From: an uncultured virus (IMG/VR IMGVR_UViG_3300031884_000004)
Lineage: Duplodnaviria > Heunggongvirae > Uroviricota > Caudoviricetes
Length of the DNA: 61,305 bases
Strand: one strand, 5' to 3'
Virus record (IMG/VR): IMGVR_UViG_3300031884_000004
The number at the start of each line of letters is the position of its first letter. The first letter of the stretch is position 1. The translations under genes and the position numbers were made by a program. Positions 1 through 15,500 of the stretch are shown here, one piece after another. The notes under the pieces were generated by a model. It was not told where the DNA came from and searched no databases. It worked only from the letters and a program-made list of their open reading frames with translations.

Positions 1-381
1 ATCGGTATGCCTGTAGCCTCGTCTACTATCTTTCCATGCTTGTGTTCGTTTAAAAACTTTAGTATGCTTCATGCCCAGTCGTGCGCCGGCCGGCGCATAC
101 TTATCTGTGTTGTTGTAGTACGTTTCATCCGCGGGGACATTGTTCGGCTGCAAATATTCAATTGACTCGATTCTGCGAAGCTCTTTGTTATCAATGTCAC
201 CTAAATCGGCTAGTATTATCTTCTTGAAGTTTTCTGCACCTAACGCTGCTATGTCTTTTTTTAGGTCAATACTTGACCCTAAGTAGTTATCATTGTTGTA
301 TTGCTCACTTCCTATATACCGCCATGGCATAATACCGTGCGCTTTGTTGTATAAATTTTCTGTGATGTAGATAATACCCAC
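1..381 (-). CDS. GIY-YIG homing endonuclease (Seg-like), runs off the left edge
   Basis: Not in the ORF track. Manual translation from GTG at 381 gives MGIIYITENLYNKAHGIMPWRYIGSEQYNNDNYLGSSIDLKKDIAALGAENFKKIIL, with IIY...YIG and YLGS motifs. Open to base 1. Confidence 0.8.
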   Translation of the reverse strand, partial: MGIIYITENLYNKAHGIMPWRYIGSEQYNNDNYLGSSIDLKKDIAALGAENFKKIILADLGDIDNKELRRIESIEYLQPNNVPADETYYNNTDKYAPAGARLGMKHTKVFKRTQAWKDSRRGYRHTD

Positions 382-531
382 TTATATATCGCCTCTTTTA
401 TGTACTATTACTTCCTTCGAATTTGGATCAAAAATCTTTATGCTAGAGGAAAAATAGTAACCACTAACTTCATCAGGCTTGCGTTCAGGGCGGGCCTGAT
501 TCCCTTCACTATTTGACTTATATTCGTTCAT
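382..531 (-). CDS. small hypothetical protein (49 aa)
   Basis: MNEYKSNSEGNQARPERKPDEVSGYYFSSSIKIFDPNSKEVIVHKRGDI*. It follows a GATAAATA late-promoter motif (537-544) and its stop abuts the GTG of the next gene. Confidence 0.6.
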   Translation of the reverse strand: MNEYKSNSEGNQARPERKPDEVSGYYFSSSIKIFDPNSKEVIVHKRGDI

Positions 532-546
532 CTCATTATTTATCAT

Positions 547-3500
547 TTACGTGATGTCCGTTTGTAAGAATAATGCAGGTGTCGTAGTGCTGATTTGTAG
601 TGGATCCCCGTCTATTGTATTGAAGGTGTAGGAGTTCCAAGTTTGATTATAGTAAACATCGTCTAGCTTGTTGCTAGTCAATAATCCAAATACTTCAGTG
701 TACGCTGGTATATAAGATTGTTTAGCAGTACCGTTAACCCCGCGTTGAATACCAAGCAACGAATTACTTGCAATATCAACTGCATTAAATCTAATAGCTT
801 CTCCGTTAACGTAGATGATATCTCCTTCAAGTACATTAATAGTTAAGGTGTTGCCAGTTGAAATGTAGCTTCCTGGAGTGATCTTTAGTGTTGGTGCAGT
901 ATCTACTAGTACAACCTCATAATCATTGCTGCTGATAGTTTGATTTGGTGTAGTTGAAATATTTACAACAGATACAGCAGTGAGAATTCTCTTGTCCGCC
1001 GGCAATCCAATATAGTAGTAACCGTCGACGGATACAGTAGGTACCGTTGCAGTAAAGACTACATCCTGGATAACGCTGTTTACATCATTAACGTAAATCA
1101 CCGTAGTCAAGTCTTGAATAGATTCAGTTAACCAAGTTCTAGTTAACGTATTTGATCTATAAACCGATGCTACTCCATTCTTGTCTACGAAATTCATATA
1201 AGTCATTTCTTCTGGTGTCCAGTGTGCAATCATACTAGTAATAATTACTTTATCAGTTGATTGAATCTCAGCTAGAATACTGACCTCATTTGCAGGATTT
1301 ATTCTTAACTTAGATGATGGTACTCTCAATCCATTAACTGTTACCCAGATACGATCAGTGTATTGTTGTGACCATTGTGTTACGTTGATAGTGGCGGGAC
1401 CTGATGTCGTTAGCGTCTTAGATGGACCATCATATGTGTCAGACACCACAAATGTGGTGCCGTTAACTATTTCGCTAACATAGTATTCTGTTCCTGATAC
1501 TAGTCCACCGAAACTTAAGTCAGTGCCATTCAATGTGTAGTTTTCGCTAAAGTAAACTGGAGTGTTTACGATCAGATTTGCAGTAGAGGCAACCGTGATC
1601 GTATTGTTTGAGCTTGTTGTTGCAGTAGCAGTCGTAGTTGTGATGTTGAACGAGCCCGTTAACCAAGTATATCCACCAGAAATATAAGTAGATACGCCGA
1701 TTACTGGATAATTAGTTGCCCCCAACGTTGGATTATATCCAGTGTATCCCGAAACATCACTCTGATACAAGTCAAATACAGTATCAGTGATCACTCTAGC
1801 ATAGTAAATATTGTTGTTAAGCTGAATAGACCCAACTGTACCGTCAATTCTAACTAGAGAGTTTTCAGCGAATCCGTGTGGAATAGTAGTAGTCACCCTA
1901 GTAGTAGAAATTCCACCTACCTCAGCGAGCAACGTACCTGATGCATTCGACAGCGGTACTGCAACTCCGTATTGATCTTTTATAGTGAACGTATTACTGA
2001 TGATTGATCCAACCCAATACATTGTACCATCAACTTTAATTCCACCGAGCGGGGCGATGCCAAAGAACTGAATTTGTTGTCCTACAACAAAACCAGCGGT
2101 ACTAGTAGCTGTAATTAGATTTCCAGTAGACGATGTTGCGGTGACAGTAGTAGTTGCTAGTATCGGACTTAGTGTAGTATTAATCGATAGGATTGGTGCA
2201 ACTGTGGTTCCAGTTAATCCGTATTGACTAGTGAGATACTGTTGCTGAGTATCGTTGTATGTCAATACTGAGATAGACGAATTTGACACAGGAGCAGACG
2301 TGAATGTTATAACGTTGGTGTTAGGATTAATACTGTAATCAGTAGTTACTGTTTTTCTAACACCATTAACTTCAACAACTGCGTTATTAGGGTTATTTTC
2401 TCCTACATAGTTAGACAAGGTGAACGCGGTTTGTGATCCAGTACCAGTAAAGTATTGAATTTCTGGAACTGCATAACCGTACTGTGGTGTAGTTTCACCG
2501 AACAGCGAGTAGACGATGTAGTCAGTTTCAGTTGTATATGCGTCTGATGCAAATATAATTTTTGCAGCGATGCCATTTGGCTGAGTTCCAAACGCATAAT
2601 CATTAGTAACAAAGATCGCGCCTCCGGTTGTATCCGGCAACGGTAGAACAGGGCCACCATTAGTTGCAGAAATAGTGAATTCGTTATTGTTTATAACAGA
2701 CGAGACGTAATACGTTGTTTGAGGAGAAATTCCAGCAAACATTGTATTGGAGAAGGTGATGCGTGTGCCCGGTACGAAACCAAATGTTGAATTCGTAGTT
2801 AATGAATTATTAATAGATTGTGTTCTAATAACAATATTAGTCGCACCTAACACTAGTTTATTACCATTATGATACATGATAGGAGTAGTCCAAACTTGGC
2901 CATTACCAGATTGAATGCTTACATACATTGCATCGCCCGATGCAGTGACTAGATCAAATGCCGGGCCGGCTAAACCAGTCACTGGGTCAATTGACGCAGA
3001 TATAATTATAGAATCTGTAGCTGTACTAATCGACTTAACGTAGTATGTGGTCTCGGAAACTACTCCGCCGAACAGAACACCTAAGAAAGTTACAGGACCA
3101 TTAAGAATAAATTTGGAAATATCCGTGCAAGTCAATCTATTTGTCGTAGAATCAGTAGAAAGAACTTGTGATTCGATTGCGCTGGTACCTGGTCTAATTA
3201 CACCGCTACCTTGATAAACAGATGCGCTGTAATTACAGTCAACATATACTTCATTAAAGCCAGTAACATCATCGACTCTAATAGGATTTACATCCGTGCT
3301 AGATTGCACTAGTTGATCACCGTTGCCTACTTCATAAACGTCAATTCTTAATATTTTTTTAGGTGAAAATTGTAGTGGTGTCGAAAGTATAACTGTTTTA
3401 TTCAACCAATTAATAGTATAATCTATACCCTCTGTAATACCAGTACCTAAACCAGTTACCGGATCTATGATTTGCACGGTAAGCTGTGCCGGTACTTGTA

Positions 3501-6500
3501 CTGCACCTGCAAAAGTATAAACTGTTTGTGTACCGAAAGTTGGAGCTAATTCAAGAGATACAACATTAAATCCGGTATGTGAGTATTCAGTTACGTCCCA
3601 ATTGCTGCCGGGACGAGTAACTACTGTCAGCGCAAGATTATCAGTAACGACGCCTGGAACTAATTCTTCAGGGCCGTAACCATATGGGAAATCCGCGCCC
3701 TTAACATCGTATACAGTAGGTGGAACAGTGAACACTGAATTGTCGGTCCAAATAATTGTGTCAGTGCTAGTTAGAACTGTATTGTTGTCACCTACTACAG
3801 TAAAGGTAGTTATTCCGTCAGTATCATATGTTATGCCATTCAAGTTCTGTGTTGTTCCGGAAGAACGAAGTGTCCAAACATACCCATCTGTAGAAGTCTT
3901 GATCAGGCCATTGTCACCTACGCTCACAAACGTACCACCAACATAAACAGAGTCACGTACAGTACTTGGATTTGCGTCGTACTCATACATCAGTGTATTG
4001 ATTGGTACTGTATCTGCTGATAGTGTTTTAGTCGATCCACCCAAAGTATCTGATATAGTCACTAGAGTCGGTGATACTATGGACTTTACATAGTAAGTTG
4101 TCCCTGCATTGATACTTGAAAAAGAATTACTAAATTGTACTGCTGCATTTACTGTGAATGCATTTGGTGCAGTACTGATTATGTAGTTAGTACTACTAAA
4201 TGTAGTTACTAAAGCCTCATTTCCGAACCAATTAATTGCATCAGTGCTAGTATACTGAACATTATTTTCGCCCAGAGCCACTATAGTGGTTCCGTTACTT
4301 ACTACAGAATTTAAGCTCTTATTAGTAAGTGGTGCAACTTGAGTCCAAGTAATGCCATCCGCACTAGTTATGATGATGTCTGTAGGGACCAACTGAGTGA
4401 CACCTGTTGAATAATCATATCTTAATCCGTTACCTACTGCTACAAATCCAGTAAACGAGGCAGTTTGAACAAAACTTACTCCATAGAGTTCTACTTCAAA
4501 AATAGAATCAAACGTGTGTACTGTATTCCATGTTATTGCATCGGTACTACGAACGATATTGTCTCCTACTGATATCCAGCAACCATTACCGTATGCAGCC
4601 GCTTGCGAGGAATGTTCAGTAGTATTTGCTACTGTCCAAACTAGACCATCCACACTAGTAAGAATAGGAGTTGCATTGTTAGCGGCGGAAATTAAGTAAG
4701 TACCATTGTTGTATACAATATTAGTTACATTTATATCAGTATTTGCTAGTTGAGTTATAGCCCATGTTATACCATCGGCACTAGTAAGAAGTGCAGAATA
4801 TGTAGGTAAGTTGGCAACTGCATGGTATACATTGTTATGGTACTCTACCGCAGTAATGTTGACTTGTGATGGATAGAATGGCTGATCTTGTACAACCACA
4901 TCTAACGCAAATTGTTGATTAGGTTGGAATGCATTACCCAGGTATATTGAATTCGGATAAGTTACCCCATCGAATAGCTGAGTTAGATCCACACCAGGCA
5001 TATTGACAGTTGGTTTATAGTAACCCATAACTCTGTCCATCGCATTAAGTCTACGATCACCTGAATCCAATTCCTCCCACTTGCCTATAACAAATTCTTT
5101 ATCGTTGTTAGATATGACACAGATATAGACTTTATTGTTGAATTTCACAATCGATTGATTAAAGTAGAATGGTTCAGGTAAGAACGCATAACTACCTGAT
5201 TTGGCCATAGTATATGACAAACTAGATGCATTAGACAAGGTGATAGCTGTTCCGCCAGGGGTGCTGCTTATCTGTAAGGTGTTGGATGTGAAGTTTACAT
5301 TATTTACAATGTAATACGTTTGCCCTGCAACAATGCCGGCGGACACATTTCCAGTAAACACTACTGCATCATTCACATTGAATCCAGTTGTACTATTAAC
5401 TGTGATTATATTTGATGATACACTCTGAACTGTAGTAGTGGTATACCCATTGAATGGGAAGTTGATACCGCTTACTGGAACAGTTAACAGAGGATTGCTG
5501 TAGACTTCTAATTGATTTGATGAGATAACTTTTAGGTAGTACTTAGTAGATGTAGATGGTACATTACCCGATGCAATAACATTAATGATTCCACCTAATG
5601 CATCAACCGAATTGACTTCAAGAGTAATATCATTAGCCGGTGACGTTCCTCCGACTGCTGTACCCGGAATAGTAATTATATTATTGACTGCAAATCCGGA
5701 TCCTGCATTTGTTGGAACTGCACTGTACCCACCTAACTTGTATGACAAATCGAATGTAGTATAACCAGTTACATATTGTGTTGCAGTTGATACCGTAGTG
5801 TGATCAGATGACAGTGCAAACTCGCTGCCATTAACTGTAGTAGAAACCGTAAAGAATGGATCACCAGCGCCGGTCATGACTCCATTATCATTTGTCAACG
5901 TAATTGCCGGGCCGCTGACGGTCAGAGACAAGGTGAACGTTGTACTACTAGGAATATCCTGAATATAGTACGTCTCTGTTACAAAGATACCACCCAACGA
6001 TTGTCCCGAAAATACTATTGGCATTCCTATATACAGAGAAGCAGTTGAACCGCAACTTAGTACATTACCAGAACTTGATGTATTAGTTACAGTTACTTCA
6101 ATTACAGTGTTTGTGCCGTCGCCAGTGTACTCTCTAATATAGTATGTTGTACCCGCTACTAGGTTACCTATGTTAGTAGTAACTCTAATAGGCATATTCT
6201 TGTAGAAGAAATCTGTTCCACCCAGTGAAGCACTGACTGCAATTCTATTAACTGCTGAAATCGTTGCGTTAATGCTGCGAGATATAAGCGAAGAAACTTC
6301 ACCTGCGGATACAATATTATTAGGGTATTGGCCCGAAGTTTCATAAATGGTAAACAGTTGTCCGTTAATTTGTCCAGGGCTTATTGGTAAAGACACATTC
6401 ATAGTTGCTGAACCAACCGCAGTTGTTAGTGCAACCGTGTCCTTTTGATTTGTCATTATTGCACTGGTATCAGAAGCAGCAACAACTGTAGTAAGATTTA

Positions 6501-9500
6501 ATACTGCTCCGTTCTTTGTAGCAGAGAGAGTTATTTCTTTACTTGAGAGATAAACTCCACTGACATAATAGAATGTACCAGCTACTAAGCCACCGAAATT
6601 AGTAGTGCTTGTTCCTGCAATAACCATATCAGTAAAGACCACAATATCATTGATGTTAAAGTTAGTGCCATCATTTACTGCGACTCTATCGGTAGAACCA
6701 TCGACAGAATATGCAGTGGTAGATACTGGATTGGTAGTCGCAGACATAGTAAATGTTTGATTATCTATCACACTTGTAACGTAGTATGTTTTATTAGCTA
6801 CAATTCCACCGAATACATCTTCAGTGAAGAAGACCGGTAAGTTGGTATAGAAACCTAAAGTTCCACCGGTACCAACCAAACTAGTTGGAACAGTCAATGC
6901 ATTAGTTGTTGCTGTGGTGGCAGTAACTTGTAGAATGCCAGGATAATTAATAGACATTACCGCAGTATTAGTTACCTCACCAACAAAACATTCCATTGTG
7001 TAGACACCTACCACAGAGTCAGTTACACCAAATATTGGACCACCGACGGTAGTTGACACTGTAAATTCAGTTTCACTAAGAATAGTATTCACATAGTATA
7101 TTTGATTGGACACTAGTCCACCAAACGACAAGGTCGACTGGAATTTGACCGGCATACCAATATAGAAACCGATGGTAGTACCAGATGCGTTTGGTTGTCC
7201 TCCTCCGTTATCTTGTGGAATCAGAGTAATAGAATGATTGCTTGCTGTTGTTCCGGATACATATCTTATAAATGAAGACCAGGTAAGCTGCTGATCGTTG
7301 CTTATGTCGGTAATTTCAAATACTGCGCCTTGGGCACTAGCCAAAATACTGTCGATTGGTGGTTCAGTGCTTTCTAATCCAATGGATGAGCTTGAAGTTG
7401 TGCTACTGTTGTCTAGCGTACCAGCAAAGAACGATCCGTAATATGCGCCAGCCTCCCAATCTTGTACCTGAGAACCATATGTAGTTCTGTCAAAACGTAT
7501 TGTAGTATTGTTTTCTCTAATCGGCAATGCCGTCGTGATAGCGGATGCTCTCGCGCCTGAACTTAGAGTCATATCACTTCCAATTCCAATTGGGTAAATT
7601 TTAACTCTAGCTTTATCATTTATCGCATCACTATAGGTTGTGTAGAGAGCAATGATAGCTGTAGGAACTGTCTCTAATACATTAATGTAGTACCATTGAT
7701 TGTTTGCCAATGCACCCACTGATGCTGTTATTCCGGATTTATATAGAACGGCGTCACCAGTCTGTAGATTAGGAGCATAAAGTCTAATAGTGTGAAACGT
7801 TCCGTTAACTGCGGTATTGTCAAACGCAATTACTTCTGCCGGATCAATAACAATTTCAGGAAGAACTGCGTATCCTTCGCCAGGATCAATTACATTGATC
7901 TGTAACACAGAATCGAGGTTCATTACTGCTTCTAGAACTGCCGGAGTTTTCGGTGCAGGATATATACTTGTATCGATATATGCAGTAACCTTAGGTGGTT
8001 CAACGTAGCCGCGGCCTCCGAATAGTACCAATGCAGCTGGTAAATCAATATAAATTTGGGCGCCGGTTATATGATTTTCAATAGGAGTTCCGTTTACACC
8101 TCTAACCAATCCACTTAGTACATTCAATGCTCTATCTACAAATGAATATCCGATGATTTCATTTCCGATATTAATGGTACCGTTAATTGGGAAACCGTGT
8201 GCATTGTCAACTACGATGTAGGTTGAGCTTGTGCTCACATAGGAAGTAGTTACTGTGATGTTATAGTTTGGTTGACCTGTAATAGATACACCGTGATTTT
8301 GGAACCATTGTGTATACGGAGCCGTAGACCAAATGCTGTCAGTAGGAAGATATTCATACTGACTGTTAGGATTACTATACACTAACTGAGGTGAAATATA
8401 CTGCTGGTACGACGAATTGTAAGTTGCAGGCAGGTCAAAGTCTGTGATGTTACCTTGATATACGTCAGTTCCGGTATATTTAAACACGAAATCCTTGATT
8501 ACAACGTGATAAGGTTTTACTTCATTGATGTATCCTGACAGGAATGCAGTATTATCTGTTTGATAAACTTCATATGGTATTAGCTCACGAATAGTATGCG
8601 ATACATCAGCCAAGGACGTCTTATTCAACCAAGGCAAGAAATTTTGAGATTGAGTAGTCTCGCTCTGGATGTAGTCGAACAACAGAATTAGGCTCGTGTT
8701 TCGATATATTAGCAAGTCGCTGATATAAATTTGCTCAGTTAATGCGCGGACGATATATCGAGTTTCTTCGCTTGGATATTGATCATAAGGTGTTGTATCA
8801 AAGAAATTATCACCATAACCAATCTTAGCTGAGGAGTAATCCCAGAGGCTAGTATCGAATGCAATAGTACCGTTTTGAAGACCGATACGTGTCCAAACAC
8901 CGTAACCATCATATCGATATACTTCAAACTTACCTGCGCCGTTTTGTTCTACTGTTACGATAGTGTTGACTGCAACATTTAACGCTGCCAAATCTGCATA
9001 GTTTGGCACTTGAAGCGAAGATTTGGTGCTATCGCTATATCCTGTTGCCCACCAATTGACGTATGACCAATAATCAGCAGTATTGAAGTATGTACCGGAT
9101 TGGAACAAGAATGTTGCGTCTGGTCTAATTTCTGCAATAGGATATTGTGCTAGAACAGTATTTGCATACGTCAAGTAGTTGTTAATTGCAAGGTATCTAT
9201 CATAGAAGAAACTTTGGTTTGGGCGGCTTCGAATTCCCGACTGAACAGCTAGTGGTAACCATGGGTTAGGGACAACTGCTCCTGCGCCGTCGCAGCCTGC
9301 CAAAGAGTCTAGAAGTTTTGCGTACAATGAATACGGTACGTCTGTTTCAGAAATAGTATATCCGCCTTGAATTGCTAATGTGTGCGCCGAAGTTCCGCCG
9401 TGAGGTAGACCTGGCAAGAAGTCATCCTGATAATTCTCACGAATCAATGCGTACTCTTGGTGAGCAACGTCATCTGTTGTTCCATTTGCAAATCCAATAT

Positions 9501-12500
9501 GGAAAACACTGTCATTCGCATTAAAGTAATCTACTGAGTTATATAATGCAAATGTATTAGGTAGCAGCGGTGCCATATATGCAATACCGGATCCTTTTGG
9601 ATTTGAAATATAAGATGCAACAACCGAATCGGATAATGTTTTACCGGTCTGTTCAAATATTATATTAGTATTGCTAACCCAGAAGTAATATACAGGGACT
9701 GCATTATTTGATGCATTTAATACCGTGCTCACTACATATAGATTAGGGTTATAAACTGCGCCGGGGCCTGGATATGAATTGGGCGGAACAAAGCTTGCTA
9801 CCCAAGTGTAAACTGCAACATCTGAGCCCGGAAATACTGCACCCCAATATTTGCTATTATAAACATTATCATTCTGATGATAATTCATCCAACGAACATT
9901 GTTTGTGTTGAACCATAGTTGACCAACGTGCTCTGCACCCCAGACCGAACCGATGATGGTTGATAGATCACTGTTATATCGTGCCGGATCAGTTCCAGAA
10001 ACAAAGTCTAGGTTTTCTCTTGCTGCGCCCAGCAGTTTACCTTGTAAAGGATCCATATAATCCAAATTGATTAGCGTTTGATTAGTAGAAGCACTGAAAA
10101 TTTGAGTATTTTGAATTTTACTGATATCAACGATAGGTGCAGAATTTCTGTATACTGACCAGTCAGAAACACCAGTTGCATTGTTGTAAACTACTACTTG
10201 TCCGCCAACGGCTACTGGATAGAAATTAGGACTACCTACAACTACGACATTTTCATTAAAATCAATCGCTGTTCCATAAAGAGGCTGTTGACCATATGGA
10301 ATGTTTTTGCTGTTTACGCTCTGTGCATATACGTATGCGCCCGGATTTGCTAGACTCTCATTGTATAGACCAATATAGTCGAACATGTAAACTGCGCCTG
10401 CATTAACGTAGGAATCTACGAATTGAGTTGCATTGTTATCGAAGACCGTATCATTGTCTAAATTCTCGTCATCAGTAAAGTCAAAGAAGGTGCCTTCATA
10501 TCGTGTTCCTACCGGAGCCGAAATTATAACGCTATCGAATTCATTGATCTTGATTGCAGACCCGAATCTAGATGCACCTTGCTCGTGAGGAGACTGAATA
10601 ATCTGAGTTTTAGTGTACAGGTTTATACCGAGTTCAGAAAGCGTAGTACCACTATCATATGCATACACAGTTAACTTTTGATTAATCTGAGCGATATTTT
10701 GATTGATTACTTGAATAATCAATTTATTATCACTAGTCGCTGCTGCTTGTACATTGATAATCTTACTAGAATTGATCGTGTTCGCAACTGATTGTGCGTT
10801 TCCAGCAGAGAGATTTACTGCGAATCCATTGATCAACAACGTGCGGTTGGTAGTTACGTTACATTCATTCGTTCCGATCACTACGCCATATTCGGCGCCA
10901 CCGTTAACATAAGAGTATACTGCACCTTCGACATCATTTGCATCAACTTCGTACGGTGAACCAATTAGAAGTGTTGACCCGGTTTTGTACATATCAACCG
11001 CATAACCAAATTCAATATCTGTTCTGTCAATATAATCAGAATTGATTTGTTGCGCAGGGAAGTATTGATTGTCGCTCACAGTTAAAATGTCACCTGCAAT
11101 CAATGAACTGTAATAGATAAACGATGTACCAATTACTGCGTAATTGTCATCAGTAACCAATTTACCGTTGAGATACACATAAAGAGGATCAACTTGTACA
11201 TAAACAGAGAACGATAGACCAGCCGCAGTAGTTAGATTTACAGGAGTGGTGCTTGATCGTGATGTTTTTATTGATATTTCGCTACCCGAAATACCGTGAA
11301 TGTAGTAGACTTGATTAGGTGAAACATTGCTTGAACCAAAATTGCTACCTGCAAATACTACTGGTTGATTGATTTGGAATCCAGTCATTGATCCGCTGCA
11401 AGTAATTCTATTTGTTACCGAAGAGGTTGCACTTGCTGTTATAGTGGCGCCAGCAGCTGGAGTCCAAGACAATGAGAAAGAAGTTGTCTGCTCAGGGAGC
11501 GAATTTTGTTTTGCTTCAAAATTTTGCATCGTGCGTTGTAGCACAAATGTTGTACCCCAATTTGTTATCGTTGGGCTATAGTCGATAAACGGTGCGGTTA
11601 CCGCTAGAGTGCTACCGTCATATGATGTTGCAAGCGCAGTCCCGAATCCGTCACCGGCCCCTAGACTGAACAAAGATGACCCGCTTATGATAGTGGATTG
11701 CTTGTATGTAATCTGGGTCGCAGTACCGGTGCCGGCGCCGGCGCCAGTTGCAACAAAAGTAATACCTACTTTGTTGTCTACTGCACCGATAGCAGTGAAG
11801 TCTGTACTACCCAATGACGTGATAACATATGTTTCACCGGTCACAAAGTATCCTGCAATTAGAGGAATATTTTGCTTGCGATATACATATACATTGTTGT
11901 TTTGCGCATCAGAGATGTAAAGCCAATTAGTGTCACCCGAAATAGCTAATGCACTGCCCCAGTCGGTTACTCCTCCGGGCGCGGCTATGGTTTGGTATGT
12001 TAACATACGATCAGTAACAACCGTATGATTTAAGGTGTACAACGTTACTGCTGGCGATACGCCAGAAGGTTGAGATACTGCATATAGATTTTGGGCGTAC
12101 TTTATTGTTGAACCAAACGATGTTCCGCCGGTCTTGTTTTCCTTCAGAAGGTACGCTTGAGCTAAACTGTCGTATATGTATCTATACAAAATCCCTGTGC
12201 CGGAATCACCTATCAGGTAACCCATATCAGATGTATATGCGACAGCAGAACCAAATGTGCCGCCATCGGCCTGTTCAAATTGGTTCTGATAAGCATAATT
12301 TAAACTCTTGCGATAGACTGCCCAGTTGCCGTCAGTGTTTTCGTCTACCCAAACAGTGTTTTTGATAAATTCGTTTTCAGCAGATGCTAACGGAATTATT
12401 CCTGCAGGTGATGCTACTCGTTGCGACACGAACCCAAAGGCTAACCCTCTGCCTTGAATTGAATTTTGATTTGCATTTAGTGCAGATAGATTTATTACAA

Positions 12501-15500
12501 CTTCATAAAGATTTAGAACATCAGCGACTATATAATATCCATCAACATTCTGCGCGAAGTTAATGATGGCCATCGGATCTAGCTTATTGAGAGAATGCGG
12601 AGAACTGAACGTTATGGTTGCTGTTCCGTTAGTATTATTTCTAACTTGAATTACTTGACCAATATTGGTCCATCTAAATACGTCCCATTTATTTTTAAAG
12701 TTAGCTAACCAAAAATATTCACCTACGTAGAAATTATTAATAGGAACAACTGCACCGGTACTGTCAACCGCAGAAGGCAATCCAGAGAAGAAATATGATG
12801 ACATCTTAACATCATTTACGTTGATGTATCCGGCGGATGGGTACAGTTGTGAATTAACCGTAGTGTCTAGTGTTGACAATACATTCGGTGATGCTGGTGG
12901 TGTGTTATAATTGAATAAATTGTATAGTGGAACTTCTTGGTCTGAACCAACCGTGTATACTCCATTTGTCAAACTAACAATTGATGGATTACCCATAAGA
13001 TTTGTTTGGTTTATTCTGAAGTCAACGAAGTTTTCATTCAGCACTCCACCATATTGTTTAGTTAAAATAGACCAGTTTTCGTAGAAATCATAAGATATAC
13101 TACCTTGTGGGAAAGTAGCACCTTGGAATGCATCTACTGCATTGCGGGTTCCCTTGTTCTTGATCAAATTTTGATAGACTTGAACTTGAGTAGAATCTGT
13201 AAGGTCTACCAGAGCAAGATAGTCGCGTGGTCTATATCCAATAAGTGAGAACGCAAGCAAGTCGGCATCTTGTTCAAGATTTGCTTGGTAAACATCATAG
13301 TATAGTGTGCTTTCGTATGCACGAGTAGAAGCGTTTGATAACATTCCTTTTTGAATGTCATTGTAATTCACGAGCTTCCAATCTTGCTCGTTGAATGTCG
13401 CGGATGGTTCTATTACTTTAAGTGCAGTCCAATACTTATTCTTATATTGTACGATAACACCTTTAGTATACTTTAGATTACCATTCCATTCTAATACGTT
13501 GTCTTGATTTAAAATGAAGCCCCAGGCGTTTACGGTTCCGTTCCAATCAGCAGTCTTGACCCCGCGAGCGTAGATGCGGTTTTGTCTTAGTCCAGTAGTT
13601 AGATTATAGATAATATCATTAAACAAAGTGACATTATCGAATACGATACCATGCTCGAAATTACTTACGTTAAATTGAGCATAAGACATAGAATCACCCT
13701 GATTCAAGGTGTGCGCATGGAATAATGTATCGTCACGTTCAACGCAAAGATCATTTAGTTGTATCGGATAGAGATTTTGATTTAGTATAAAGTTAGTTTG
13801 CTGAACCGTAAGCGGCTGAACTATCGCGCTTGGTCTATCAATGTTTATTGCAGTAGCAGACGGATTTAGTGTTATCAGACTTCCTACTTCCCATCCGGAC
13901 ATTGACCAATACAAGAATTCTGCTGCCATCTGTGCCCAAGTGACTTCAATTCCTTGTTCAACTTCATTGAACAACATGCCCTGGCTTTCAAGTTCGGCAC
14001 CATAGCTCATTAGGAATTGAACTACTCCCTGAGTGCTGTAGAATTTGGTACCGTATGGAACAAGAACTACTTGATCAGTATAGTTTTTAGCATACTTAAC
14101 TGTAGTACCTAAAACGTCAACACTACCGTATGTACCGTTATTGATAGGTTTTAGTGTTTTAAAGTATGCAAATGTTTGTGAATTACCGTATACAGTCCAA
14201 TAGCCTTGATTTTTCTGAATGACCACGCCACTGAACATAATCTGATCGAAGGGCTGATTGTCATATAACAACACTGAATAACTTTCGTTAGGAATCAATA
14301 GTGTTGCGTTATTGCTATTAGGCGAACCCTTTTCCACATAGAATTGAAGCAATGTTTTGTCACTGTATCCAGCAAGACGATAAACCAGACGAACATCAAG
14401 GTTATTCAAAAGGGTTGTAATGTTAGTAGTTGCGTCAACCCCTTGTTGCTTTTCATAATCTACAATCCAGTTAATGTAGCTGGTTTTTGCAGTACCATTA
14501 CCATAAATTTCAATATTTGCAGGAACTAAATGGCTTCTGTCATTAACCAAATATTGATTAAATTCAGCATTGTATTTGTAATTGTCAAGGTCGACGGCCA
14601 AATTGAAAAATTCAGCTGGTCTAGTCAGTGCAAATAGTCTCATTAAATCAAATGGCCAAGTTGAACTACGTCGATAGCTCAACTCCACAGGTGCATCATC
14701 TCCTACTACCCAATCTTTTTGGAACGTACTTGGATTATAGTTGCCTACAATTGCGATTAGCGGAGACAACAAATCGCCGTTGGAGTCAACCGGAATAATT
14801 TTAGATAGTCCAGGACGTGCTAACTCAGGTACGGTGTAGGGATTACCGTTATTCCAAATATAACCAGCTTCTAAATCACCCCATAGAATACCGTTATCGC
14901 TCGTATAAGGAGTAGGTCCGTAACGATCAGCCCACCAGGTTGGTTCATTAGCAAATCCTAACATCTCCCATGGAGTTTCGTTTGGAGTAGTTGTGTCATA
15001 GAAATATTCATAGACCCCTCTCCAATAACCTTGCTGAATAGCAGCTTGGTCTAGTTTATTACCTGAATTTGTATAGTTATAACTGAACTCGTTGTTCTTT
15101 TGATAGTACTGGGACTTATAATCGAGACGATTTTGACCAATCCAGTTCAAGAACGTAGGTTCGTACATCTGTATAAATTCATTCCATGAATATGTTGATG
15201 TAGAACTTCTGAAGTAACCAGGTACAACTTCGTATCGCTCGATAGGAACAGTTGTGCTTAATTTTAAATTATTGTAAATTCTTAGTTCAAACTCAAGCAG
15301 AGCCTGGTCTCTGAAATCAATCAATACTCCTAATGTTTCGTCATAGTCACCGTATAACTTAGTGAACGATCCGTCATGTCCTTTGATGAAGTAAGTAGGA
15401 ACTGTGTAATCTGAATCCAAAACTACTTCTGGATAAAATGAAGGATATAGTCCCAACTTAGTTGGTGTATTAGGAATATATGAGCCGTATGTTTGGTTGT

